DNA from: Camelus ferus
Taxonomy: Eukaryota
NCBI RefSeq assembly: GCF_009834535.1
Contig: NC_045711.1
Location: forward strand, 41,044,001 to 41,108,000
DNA: 64,000 bases
Direction: 5' to 3'
The position numbers were made by a program, and so were the translations under genes. Of the stretch, positions 1 through 25,250 are shown one piece after another. The first letter of the stretch is position 1, and each line of letters starts with the position of its first letter. Below the pieces are notes generated by a model. It searched no databases, was not told the origin of the DNA, and was given only the letters and a program-made list of their open reading frames with translations.

Positions 1-113
1 TAGCTTTGCTACCATCGGCCAGCTCTTATTCTCTCAGATGACTATAAAATAGATGGGTAAAAGTAGTTGGAGGGGAAAAAGTGCTTAAGAGTGCTGAGAC
101 ACTTTCTGACTAG

Positions 114-13807
<13,694 letters not shown>

Positions 13808-14153
13808 TCCAGCAATCCAAGAGAGGCTGCAGTACAGGATTTGACTCTGGCTCAGGCCCCAGGGACTTGGGGGATGGGAGGTGCTTCCCTTCATCCTTCA
13901 GGATATGTGGGGGTTAGGAGCCTACAGGGTACTGTGGAGAGACACCTTGCTCTTTAGCAGCTGGCCTGTTCCCTGCAGAACATGGTGGATAATGCTGAGT
14001 TCTACCTCACACTGATCAGCAGGCCCAGGGCCAGAGGTATCAAGAGAGCAAGATCAAGGGAATGCCCCAGGGCTAGAATCTGGTTACCTTGGGGTCAATT
14101 GAAAGGGTGGGGGGACAGTTCTGATCAAGTGTGATAAATTTTTATAAATAGAC

Positions 14154-14206
14154 ATATATATATATATATATGTGTATATATATATATATAAATATACATA
14201 TATATT
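14154..14206. repeat. Interrupted (TA)n microsatellite in the BLTP2 3' UTR region
   Basis: catatatatatatatatatgtgtatatatatatatataaatatacatatatat. Confidence 0.9.
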
Positions 14207-14869
14207 TCTACGTATAACTGCTTTCCCTCTGTGCCAGAAAGTGGAGGGGGTTTATCGTCTATCCCTCATTCCACTGCCTTGTATGAAAGAGGTATTAGTG
14301 TTCTGAGGGAAATCAGCCCCTCCCTAATCTGTGCCAAACTCACTTGAGAGAATGGCAGTAGGAGACAGGGCTGGCCATGGGTCCCTCCCCCTGGGATATC
14401 CCCTGAAGAATGGTAAAAAATGATTTAAAGAGAAAAAAATATATTTTAAATTTGATGCTGGTTTTTTTTTTTTTTGGATTGTATTGAGTGCATGGTTTCA
14501 ACCTGTATCCTTCCCTCCCCATCAACCCAAGATACACCTTCTAGCTGCAACTCTAATGAGGGTGGCCTCTTCCCTCCTGCCCAAAGCTCTATCACAGATA
14601 CCTCCCAGTTCTGATGTAACACTGGTCCCATGCTGATAACAGCTCATGAGACCAGTGCACATTTTAGTCCTGGCTCTAAGCCTATTCTTAACTAGGGGGC
14701 ATAGAATTTGGAGATAAGGATGAAGTTTGGCTGCCTTATTTGCATCTCTAGTCATGAACTGCAAAGAAAATGCAGGGCTCATGTGTAATGCAGCATGGGG
14801 TGGGGGAGGGAGGAACTGCTTATGTAACTGGGACAGCAGATTTAGCAGGAGAGGAGGCAGAGGCTGGGG

Positions 14870-17800
14870 ATGGGAGCAGTGAGCTGTCGGCAGGGGCAAC
14901 ATGTCCAGATGGCTGCTCCTCGTAAGGTAGGCTATGGGGTCTGGCAGCCTGTTTAGGGGAGGTGAATGAGGCATGGGCTTGAGGCCAGGGAACTGACTGG
15001 TGATGTTAGGTGTCCATTGTATGGGTGGGGCGGGGAGGTTTTACCATGAAAGTATCCCAGCCTTATAATGAGAGGTACAGGCTGAATCTCTGATGGGGAA
15101 AATGTCTAAATACTGCTTTCCTAGAGGATTTTAATTAGGTCCAAGAAACCTAGGTAGGCCTTGGCCCAAAGCAAGGGTAGTGACACTTTTGCCTGGGGCT
15201 TAAAAATACATCTCTAGGGTTGGGATTTGAAGGAGTGCCTGCTAAGATAGGCAGAACTTGTAATGCCTCAGGGGCAGAAGCTTTAGTGGCTCCCTTGGTT
15301 CTCAGCAGGGTGGCAACAACCGGGGCCCCTGGGTCCGAGGCTGGAGGAGCCTCTGGTCAGGCATGGGGACAACCAGATCAGGTCTGGATGAGCTGTGGGG
15401 ACTTCGGGGACATCAGTGCCTGCACCAGGAATCTCTGGAGCCAGCCCCACTGCTAGTAGAGAAGCCTCTGCCTGAATGGCCAGTGCCTCAGTTCATCAAC
15501 CTCTTTCTGCCGGAGTTTCCCATTAGGCCCCTTAGGGGGCATCAGCAACTGAAGGTAGGTCAATGGAATCCCTGGAAAGAGTCTCAGTCTTGGGGAGAAA
15601 TCTAGAAACAACCAGAGTCTCAGTTGCCCTGTTCTCCATTTCTCTGTACAGATTTTAGGCCTTGTGGCTAAAGGCTCCTTTGGAACTGTCCTCAAGGTGC
15701 TAGACTGTGGCCAGAAAGCAGTATTTGCAGTGAAGGTAGGGACCTAGGTACAATTTCACATTATTTTCTGGTCCCTGCCTCCAATCTTGATTCCAGAAAG
15801 GTTGGGAGGAATTCAATAGTACTATTTCCTTCTAGGGGTCATCACGCCTCTCATTTTATAGGTGGTGCCCAAGGTAAAGGTCCTACAGAGGGACATCCTG
15901 AGGCAGTGTAAAGAGGAGGTTAGCATCCAGGTATGCACAGAACCCTGGAAGAGATCCTATGAAGGACTAAACCATAGGTGGAGAAAGCACCTTTCTTGTC
16001 CAACTGTCTTGTTCTTCCTGGTTCTGATCCCTCCCTGTGCTTCAACCAGAGCAGATCCCAGGAAAAGAAGCTATCAGCAGAGTAATTCTGGGTCCTGCCA
16101 GGGAAATCTCTCCAGCATGTCCCAGTGTGTTCTATAGTACTGATTACCAGGCAGGCATGCCCAACTATTTAGTTCACCTGAAGTGAGAGATGGAAGCATC
16201 AGTTTCCTTTCTGCACAACTAGGTAAATCCTGACTTGTTGGTTGCCTTGATCCTCAGTGACCCTGTTCCTAACTTCCTGTCTTCTTCATTCATAGCGAAA
16301 GATCAACCATCCTTTCATACACAGTTTGGGGGACAGCTGGCAGGGAAAACGGCACCTCTTCATTAGTGAGTGACTGGCTTCTCTCCTCATTCCCAGGGGT
16401 CCTTCTACTGTACTCCGCACCTGAGATTACCCATCCCTTTGGTCTGTTCTGCCTTTGCTCTGTTCCCCTTCTCATAGTACTTTCTCCCAGACGGAAGAGA
16501 GAATAGTAGGTGGCATCAGTTTGGGCAGGAGGCATACAATGCCTTGAGCCCAGGCCTAGTAGCCTCTAAATACTGCCTAGACTTCTGGTGCTTTGCAGTG
16601 TGCAGCTACTGCAGCACAGACCTGCACTCCCTGTGGTCCACTGTTGGCTGCTTTGCTGAGGCTTCCATCCGCCTCTTTGCTGCTGAGCTGGTCCTGGTGC
16701 TGTGTAAGTGAAACAGAAGTGGTAATGGAAGTAAGGGAAGAATTAAGGGGGGAGGGAAGCAGAGAGAGGAGAACTGATACTAACTTTAGACATCAAAGAA
16801 CAGGGATAAGAATGGGGTGGGAGCTACCAGGGAAACTGAAAAGGACAGGGGAGCTTCAGCACACACCATGCTTGCTGTCATCCACAGGTTATCTCCATGA
16901 CTTGGGCATCATCCATCGAGATGTGAAGGTAGTTAAATACTTTTTCTTTTTGTCTGAGGAGGGATTTCAGTAAGAAGTTGCAACAGGTCCAAGAAATCTG
17001 CTGAGAACAGTTGACCTTGGGGCCTTCATGGATGTTGAGGAATTTGGACAAGGGCCCTCCAAGTATAGTTGAATGCTGAGTAAAGTGTCTTCAGCTGGGA
17101 GGTGTACAGGATGAAAGAGGGTTGAAAGGAAGAGGATGAATAATAACTTCTCACCTGTGATTTTTCAGATGGAGAATATCCTTCTGGATGAGCGAGGTAA
17201 GTCCTTTTCTTTTCCTAGTCCCAGAATGAGAGGTACCTCAGACTGGGATTAAGTCATGGCTGAAGAGACATGGAATAGAGTGGTGCTGACGCCTTATTTT
17301 TCACAGGCCATCTGAAATTGACAGACTTCGGTCTGTCCCGCCACCTGCCCCAGGGAGCCCGAGCGTATACTATCTGTGGCACTCTTCAGTACATGGGTGA
17401 GAGAGAGGCTGAAGCTGATGGGTAAGCATTGGGGAGGAGGATAGTCAACAGATATCAATGACAAGTATTTTTCAAATCTGTAGCCCCAGAGGTCCTGAGT
17501 GGAGGGCCTTATAACCATGCTGCTGATTGGTGGTCCCTGGGTATCTTGCTTTTCTCTCTGGCAACTGGAAAGGTGAGAGAATGGTAGTGATGTTTGGCAG
17601 AGAAGAGAGGAGTTGCCCTGTGGTGGGAAGAAGGAAGACCTTAGGAAATCTTGCCTTATTCTTACAAAGCAATGACACCCTCCCATCCTTAACTCAGTTC
17701 CCAGTGCCCGCAGAGAGAGATCATGTGGCCATGTTGGCAAGTGTGACCCACTATGACTCTGAGATCCCAGCTTCTCTTAACCAGGGGCTTTCACTCCTGC

Positions 17801-18464
17801 TCCATGAGGTAAGGGTGAGCTCTACTTTCCTTCTTGACTACAAACTGTTCACTTTTTTCCTTATCATTGAAGTGATATTTCCTCATTTCTCTGATTAATT
17901 ATTGGTGGTGGGAGGCGGTGGCAGGGGGAGCTTCAACTTGATCAAGTACTAACCTCACTACTTGCCCTCTAAGCAGCACTTCAAATTTTATTCGTCCTCC
18001 AAAGCTCCTCCCCATCAACAGGCCAATTCTGAGAGAGTGGGCCACAGCTCCTTTATATCCTACCTTTGCCCCCAAATTAGCCTGTTTCTCCCACTTTTAC
18101 ACATTCTCTACTCTTTGGGGTTCTTCTCCCTGCCCTCCACAGATCCATGAACTTGTAATTTCTTTCTCCTTTTCCAGCTTCTCTGTTCAGTCCTTTTCCT
18201 ATCCCAGTCCCTCATCCTTCATGCTTTATTTTCCTTCAGCTCTTATGCCAGAATCCCCTCCACCGTCTACGTTATTTGCATCACTTCCAGGTCCACCCTT
18301 TCTTTCGGGGTGTGGCCTTTGACCCAGAGCTCCTACAGAAGCATCCAGTGAACTTTGTCATGGAAACACAAGCTACCCAGCCCAGTCCATCATCGGAGTC
18401 TATGTTCTTCAAGGACTTTGACTGTAACCTGGAGTCCTACCTGGTCCACCTCAGCCTTGCTTGA
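14870..18464 (+). CDS. RSKR: Ribosomal protein S6 kinase-related orphan Ser/Thr kinase (SGK494), 405 aa
   Basis: 12 exons: 14870-14926, 15306-15554, 15652-15735, 15862-15930, 16296-16365, 16599-16703, 16888-16928, 17169-17196, 17307-17396, 17484-17572, 17698-17808, 18240-18464; total 1218 nt in frame. Kinase motifs AKGSFG, FAVK, KEE, HRDVKMEN, DFG and [12 protein letters not shown] are present. The N-terminus [11 protein letters not shown] matches SGK494. Confidence 0.93.
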
Positions 18465-19126
18465 GCTCCTCTACTGTAGATGGGGGCCATCTAGGAACCT
18501 GAGGACCTCTTCCAGTGTCAACTCAGTATGACCACCTAGATAATCCAGTTTGTTTTTACTTTGTAGCCTCTTATCATTCTGTTAATGTAGGTGCTGGACC
18601 AGAGTTCAGATCTTGGGCATTCTGCTATTGGCAGCTATGGTGTCCTAGTCCTTACCCCATCATACAGCCCATCTCTCAATTTAACATCTCAGATCACAAT
18701 GTTGACCTTTTCCATTGTTTCATTTCTCCAGTGCTTATACCCTGAAGCTTTTAGCCAGAAGCTTATTCCACTTTTCCCTCTCCTTGTTTCTCTGCCATGT
18801 TTCCTTTTGTGAGCAAAAATAACACTTCATGGGTTCCCAAGGTGCTATTTATGTGTTGAATAGTCCTGTCAGAAGCAGTATGAATGTTTTTCAGAGGTCT
18901 CAAAAGCTAGCATTTCAATCCCTAAATATGCAGGTAAAACATATGATCTAGGGGCTCAAAGGCAGTCTAATTTTTAAAAATTTAAAAAGTAAGTCTGATA
19001 GCCTACTGTGAGGAAGAGAATAAGAAATGAAACATGGGTGGGTTAAATGTCCCCTCTAGGGGTAATTAACATAGCTATCCACTTTTTCCCCAAAACAAAA
19101 CCTCTTTGAAAGACATAAGGATTCTT

Positions 19127-19372
19127 TTTTAAAAGATTTATTTATTTTATTAATTTTGGGTGGNNNNNNNNNNNNNNNNNNNNNNNNNNNNNNNNNNNNN
19201 NNNNNNNNNNNNNNNNNNNNNNNNNNNNNNNNNNNNNNNNNNNNNNNNNNNNNNNNNNNNNNNNNNNNNNNNNNNNNNNNNNNNNNNNNNNNNNNNNNNN
19301 NNNNNNNGAACCTAGGACCTTGTGCATGCTAAGCATGTGCTCTACCACTTGAACTATACCCTCCCCTCTGAG
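19127..19372 (-). mobile_element. tRNA-derived camelid-type SINE containing an assembly gap
   Basis: Reverse-complement head (gaacctaggacc...gctctaccacttgaactataccctcccc). TSD ataaggattctt at 19115-19126 and 19373-19384. Confidence 0.85.
19164..19307. other. Assembly gap (N run)
   Basis: Ns inside a SINE. Confidence 0.99.
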
Positions 19373-20190
19373 ATAAGGATTCTTAAACTGATCATTTTCC
19401 TAGATGGCCCAGGATTCAGTTTGTGATGGGCAAGCCAAGGGGGTTATGACATCAACCTTGAGATTTAAGGTTAAAGATGTAACTCAGGAATCTTTTCCTT
19501 TAGTAAGGGAAATTATCTTGACCTTAAATTTGTATAGATTTCTGGCCTTTATGACTTCTTTTCATTTTTCTTAAACTAACTTCTGAAAAGCTTCATTTTC
19601 ATTATTTTTTAGTTATATCTGATCTCTCTTTCCAGACCAAAGAGTCTGGGAAGTACTCTGTGTAGTATTTATAGTCATTTTGTCGCTGGATTAAGCCAGA
19701 TTTTTCCCTGTACATAGCTGGCATTTTATTGGCCTCTGCAGAACTGCTTTTTCTGGATTGCACTTTGGCAATCCATATGAAAATCCCTATGAAATTTAAT
19801 TGTTGTAGATACCGTAAAGGGTTGTTTATCATTATAATTCATAACTCATAATGTTCTATTTAGGATAGTTGGGAGAATTTCCTTTGAACTCAGTTATGCT
19901 TTTCCTGAATTGCTGTTTGATTTTTATCTTCAAGACACTATATATTCAACTGACTCTATTTTTCTTTCCATACTGATGCTAGACCACTTAGAGCCCAGTT
20001 TGTGGCCCACCTTCAGAAAGTGTTGAGGACCTCATGTTATGTGTTTTGTATGCCAGCCACGTTCTTGGTTCCATCTTCCTTTTCTACGTTTACTTTCCTC
20101 ATTCTCATTTTTCTGTTTTAATCTTTTTTTAAAAAATTTTATTAGATTATCTGCATCTTTGTAAGCCTTTTAGAATGAGGTTAGGGTATA

Positions 20191-20200
20191 AATAAATAAA
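20191..20200 (+). terminator. Candidate RSKR poly(A) signal (overlapping AATAAA pair)
   Basis: First canonical AATAAA I found downstream of the RSKR stop at 18464; usage is unverified. Confidence 0.35.
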
Positions 20201-21421
20201 AGAATGTATCCTTAATCCTTTTGATTATCTCATTTGTTTCTCTTTAGATACTTTTTTAGCTTTATTATATATTTTAAAAGTTTTAATAACCAGAACTGCA
20301 CGTTGGATAAAGACTCTGAATACTAAGAATAGGAATTAATGGCTTCTAAAATAGTAGTTAAGAGTATTAGATTGGAATTTAGGAGACCTGGTGCCTTGCT
20401 TGATCCACCAATAAATATCTCAGTGTCTTTATACAAGTCATTTTAACTCTGGATTTTAGTTTCAACTAATGTATAAATGAGGGGATTATAACCACTGGTT
20501 CTTAATTGTGGGGGATGAGTTTCAGATTTCTGTGATGTTGTTTCAAAGGGCAGATGCAGATGATTTTATGACACTATGTGTTTGGCCCAATGTTAATGTT
20601 TAGGTGACCCAACATTATATAGCCTCTCTGATCACAGCAGCATATTGGGTTAAGTTCTTTAGGACATGGTTAACATAATGTCACTAGGGTCCCTTTCCTA
20701 GGTCATGTTAGATAGCTTAGAGACTGTGATCATGTAAGTGTAGTTTGAATCATTTCTTATCATATGAGGACATTTTTTAACATACTCTCTTCAATCAGTG
20801 GTGCATTACAGCAGTGATTCTCAGAGTAGAATGGAGGTAGTGATAGAAAATCAAAGTTTCAGAAAATATAACTTGAAACAGCACTGCTTCCACTCCTCGC
20901 CCTACCCCTAGTTTTGATATGCTTATCCCTGGAAGGCAGTCTTTCCTGCCACCCTCCATCCTCATTCAGAATCACTGACCTTTAAATATGATACTTTCTA
21001 CTTATTCACATGAAATTCAGTTTGAAAAAAATTTTTATATACAACCTGAAATGATCTTTTAATAGTCCTATATTTTGATTTTTCACTACCTAGAAGAAAT
21101 CAGATATACCTTTAAGTATGGATATTTTATTCTACTCCCTTCTGTCTTTTCTAAGAATTTAAGGTTAGTCTTAACACCAGTTCTCATATTCTTCTTTTGA
21201 GAAAAGTGTCCTTATAGTTCTACTCAGTGTTTTTTATGCCTAACCTAAGTTATTTTATCATATATTGATCTGTTCATTTGTTCACTTGTTCATTGATTTA
21301 ATAAACTGGTAACCTCAATTTCTTGATTTACTTCTTTAAATAGTCTTCAATGTAAAAATCTTGTCTAAGCTTAAAAATTTTTTTAATTAAATAAAAGCAT
21401 ATTCACTGTGTTATTGGCCCC

Positions 21422-21810
21422 TGTAATGGGCTGAATTGTGCTGCCTCCCTATTCATATATTGAAATCCTAATCCCCAGTACTTCAGAATGTGACTGTATT
21501 TGGAGATAGGGTCTTTACAGGCATAATTAAGTTAAAATAAGGTCTTATGGGTGGGCCCTAATCCTATATGACTGGTGTCCTTATAAAGAAGAGGAAATTA
21601 GGAAACAGACAAACACACAGGGAAAACCNNNNNNNNNNNNNNNNNNNNNNNNNNNNNNNNNNNNNNNNNNNNNNNNNNNNNNNNNNNNNNNNNNNNNNNN
21701 NNNNNNNNNNNNNNNNNNNNNNNNNNNNNNNNNNNNNNNNNNNNNNNNNNNNNNNNNNNNNNNNNNNNNNNNNNNNNNNNNNNNNNNNNNNNNNNNNNNN
21801 NNAACTATGG
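21422..21810. mobile_element. MaLR (MLT1-type) LTR, partly in an N gap
   Basis: tgtaatgggctgaattgtg...ttgaaatcctaatccccagtac...tatttggagatagggtcttta...gactggtgtccttataaagaagagg; opposite orientation to the copy at 2592. Confidence 0.75.
21629..21802. other. Assembly gap (N run)
   Basis: Ns inside an MLT1 LTR. Confidence 0.99.
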
Positions 21811-22721
21811 AGAATTGTGATAAGATTAATCAGGAATGACTATTTTACTTACAAAAAAGCATGCTACCTTCTTCCGTATAGGTTGGTTTTGTTTATATTA
21901 TGAGACATCATTATTTCAGATTTCATTGGCCTCTCCATGAGTTTTACTGGTTTATGGAGCCCCACTGATTAGCAGCTGTCATACTGCCTCCTTTGTTCAG
22001 TACCTCATCATACACAGTAGCAGGGCTAATAATTCCAGTTTTATCCTTGAGTTCACTCAGAATTGCCTAGTGGATACTTAGAGGTGCTGTCTGGGCTATG
22101 TAATTGTATTTTTGCAAATTAAATACTCTCTAATCCTAAAATTTAAAAACTACATTGTTTCTAAAAGTTGGACTCTAACTTCACATCATATACAAAACTT
22201 AATTTTAGCTACATCTAGCAATTAAATGTGATCATCAAAACAATAAAAATCTTAGAACATCTGGGAGACTAGGCCTACAAACAGATGGAGGAGATAACTT
22301 AAACCAGGACAGAAAATGAAAACACTATAAAAGAAAAAAACATATTTACATAAAAAACTTGATGAATGAATCAACAGGATAAGAAATCCAGATGTTCTGA
22401 AAGGAAAGAAATATCTTGACCATGTAAAAGTTTTATCTTTGTGTGGCCAAAGATATCATTAATAAAGTCAAAGGACAAAAAATAGATCTAAAGAAAAATA
22501 TTTGCAATGTGATGACAATGTCTGTAACACAGAACTCTTACAAATTAGAAAAGAAAAATAAACTTTTTTAAAGAAGGGCAAGGAAGATGAAGTAATGAAT
22601 CAATTAATTAGATCTGTAATAGTGTTAAGCTCAGAAGGCTCTGTATAAGATACTGAGTGGGGGAAAAAATGCAGAAAGTGTAAGAAATGATGCCATTTCT
22701 GTAGAGGACTCAATGCTTTCT

Positions 22722-22723
<2 letters not shown>

Positions 22724-22760
<37 letters not shown>
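22724..22760. repeat. (GT)n microsatellite, about 18 units
   Basis: Uninterrupted gtgt run followed by an (AG)-rich stretch. Confidence 0.95.
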
Positions 22761-22765
<5 letters not shown>

Positions 22766-23533
22766 GAGAGACAGAAAGAGGGAAACAATGTGAAAAAGAA
22801 AACCTGGAAGGGAGAGAGGAATAATGCAAGTGTAAAGAAAAGGGGAAAAAAAGGCACTAGGCCTCAACCCCATAGACCCCAGTTTGCACATCAATTAATT
22901 TGGGGGAAAAAATAAAAACAAAACGTGTGTATATGTGTGTGCACACATATATGTTTTTATAAATGTATACACACTATTGTTTATCTCAAGTGGGTATAAT
23001 GGATGGAGGAGGCTTTGCCTTTAATATGTCTTTGCATTGTTTCATTTGCTACAAGCATCTATTTTTTATCATTTGAAAAACACCAAATTAAAAAAAATCA
23101 TACAAAACAACACCAACAAATTAATTCTGCTTATGTTGCCTATTTACAATAGTATTTTCCCTTCCTCTACCTCTCCACATACCTCCTAATTTGCTGCTGG
23201 AAGCAACATATCCCTTTGGCTACTCACCTGACATCTGACATACCAACTGCAACAAGGACTAACCATTCATTCCAAGTCACACTTTCTATAATAAGCTTTC
23301 ACTACTGGCACTTAAAGAGTTTTCTGTCTTGGTTTTTCTGCCCCTTCACCCTTACTTTATTTGCTGGCTCTTTTGGGTTGACTAGAAGTACATATACCTT
23401 GGGATTCCCTCTGCTGAGTCTTGGGGAATCCCAGGCTCAAGTTTGTGTTCTTATGTTGTTTTTCTCCCAGTTTTCCATTCAAACTACTGTTATCTTTACC
23501 GCCTTTAGGCTGGGGCCATTATGTTTTTAGAGT

Positions 23534-23833
23534 GGTGGTGTCCAATAGAAATAATATAAGTCTCATAAATAATTTAAAATTTGCTAGTAGTCACATTAAA
23601 AATTAGGTAGAAAGATGAAATTAATTTTAATGTAATTTAACCTGATCTATCTAAAATGTTTCAACATGTAATCAATATTTAAAAATAAGATATTTTACAT
23701 CCTTTTTTTTCATACAAAGTCATCGAAATTCAGTTTGTATTTTACACCTATAACACATCTCAATTTGGACTAGCCACATTTGAAGTGCTCAATAGCCACA
23801 TGTGGCTAGTGGCTACGGTACTGGACAACACAG
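23534..23833. mobile_element. MER33-like hAT-Charlie MITE
   Basis: tgtccaatagaaat...ttttctagtagtcacattaaaa-like left end and tagccacatgtggctagtggctac...ggacaacacag right end, matching the recalled MER33 consensus. Confidence 0.75.
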
Positions 23834-24256
23834 TTCTAGAGGAGCCCCTCCCCTGAGAGCCTTGTAGTTAATAATACAGTTTTTCCTGTTTGGCTTATTG
23901 CCTTTTCCAAATTCATTAAGACCTCAGAGTGTAAATAAGGTGCTGGGAGTGTTAAAAGGAACATAATTTATCATAAACTATAACTCTGAATACTTACCTT
24001 TAGGCTGTTTCCCAAAATCAGCCCCATCTACAGTAGCTAATTTCCCGCACTCAGGGGATTCAAGCGACAGTAGAATCGTTAGTATGTTGTTAGTGTGGGT
24101 TGCTCTCTTGACTCGACCATTTGCTACCTGTGGGGCATTGGGCAAAAGACATTATTTGTGACTCAGTTCCTTCGTCTGTAAAATGGGGATATTTACGGTA
24201 CCTACTTCATAGGCCCTTGTGGGGATTAAAGGAAGTTAACGTATAAAAGGCTTTTG

Positions 24257-24373
24257 AGGATAGCTAAAGTGGTAGAGCTCATGCTTAGTCTGGGTTCAAT
24301 CCCCAGTAACTCCGTTAAAAATAAGTATATAAAACCTAGTTACCCACCCCAATAAACCGAAACAAACAAAAAG
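24257..24373 (+). mobile_element. tRNA-derived camelid-type SINE inserted in a MIR
   Basis: ggatagctaaagtggtagagctcatgcttag...gggttcaatccccagtaactcc plus an A-rich tail, with MIR sequence on both sides (about 24100-24440). Confidence 0.8.
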
Positions 24374-24549
24374 GATTAAACCCTTTTGGCAGAGTGCCAG
24401 GTGCCTAATAAGTGCTCAATGCTTGTGAGCTATTACTGTTAAACTTGTAGCCGGTTCTGAGGGAAGTCCCAAGAAAACACCGGAAATCCTGAAAAGGCTA
24501 AATTACAGCGCAGTTTGAGAACCACACCTCAGGCCAACGCAGACTCAGG

Positions 24550-25250
24550 ACCTACGCGCGGGCCAACCGGCCTACGTGAAAAACGTCCCACTCACCTTCC
24601 CTTCTAGACCTCAGGCCGGCTCCTTGGTCAGGGCTGAGTTAACTGGTTTTCCTCAGGGAAACATGAGGAGAGACTTCCTAAGGCCAGCCGGCGGAGGCAG
24701 CTTTCCCGATAGAGTGTTAGGGTGGCCTACTGGAAGCACTAGGGATGGACTCCTCGACTGTCCAGCTACCTGGAGCCCTCGCCGAGGTGAGGCAGGAATA
24801 CCCGCCGCCTTGGGCCTGGGGTGCGTCCCTCCTGCCGCCCGCGTAGGTGGTGGGGGAATCAGCCGCCAGCGAGCGCACCTTGGCCGGGGCGGGGCCAACG
24901 CAGGCCCCGCCCCGCGCCCGCTGGACGCACTGAGGCCTCACAGCCAATCGGGAAGCGCGGAGCAGGTTCAAATAAAGACGGCGGGTGAGCATGGCGTCAC
25001 CTCTAGGGTCCGGGAGGTGATCGCCTAGCGTTATGCGTTGAAGATGTGGCGGGTGAAAAAACTAAATCTTAGCCTGTCGCCTTCGCCCCAACCGGTGAGT
25101 GGGAGGGCCTCATGGAGAGAGAGAGCGAGCGAGCTGTGCTGGGGTTTCGGGGCCGAGGCGCTGGCAGTGCCGAGCGTGGTGGAAAGTTGGGTCCAGCCTG
25201 GGGCGGGGGGTGGGGGGCGTGTGGAGTCTTTCTGGTCCTGATGTTCGGAG
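24550..25250 (+). promoter_or_regulatory. SPAG5 CpG-island promoter with G2/M-type architecture (GC box, CCAAT box, CHR element)
   Basis: CpG-dense. GGGGCGGGG at 24886-24894, CCAAT at 24944-24948 and TTCAAA (CHR consensus) at 24967-24972, directly upstream of exon 1. The CCAAT+CHR combination is typical of DREAM/MMB-regulated mitotic genes. Confidence 0.7.

Noticed and set aside
20810-20980. Short inverted ends cagtgattct / agaatcactg suggesting a hAT MITE
   Set aside because: Plausible, but too degenerate to assign a family or boundaries without RepeatMasker.
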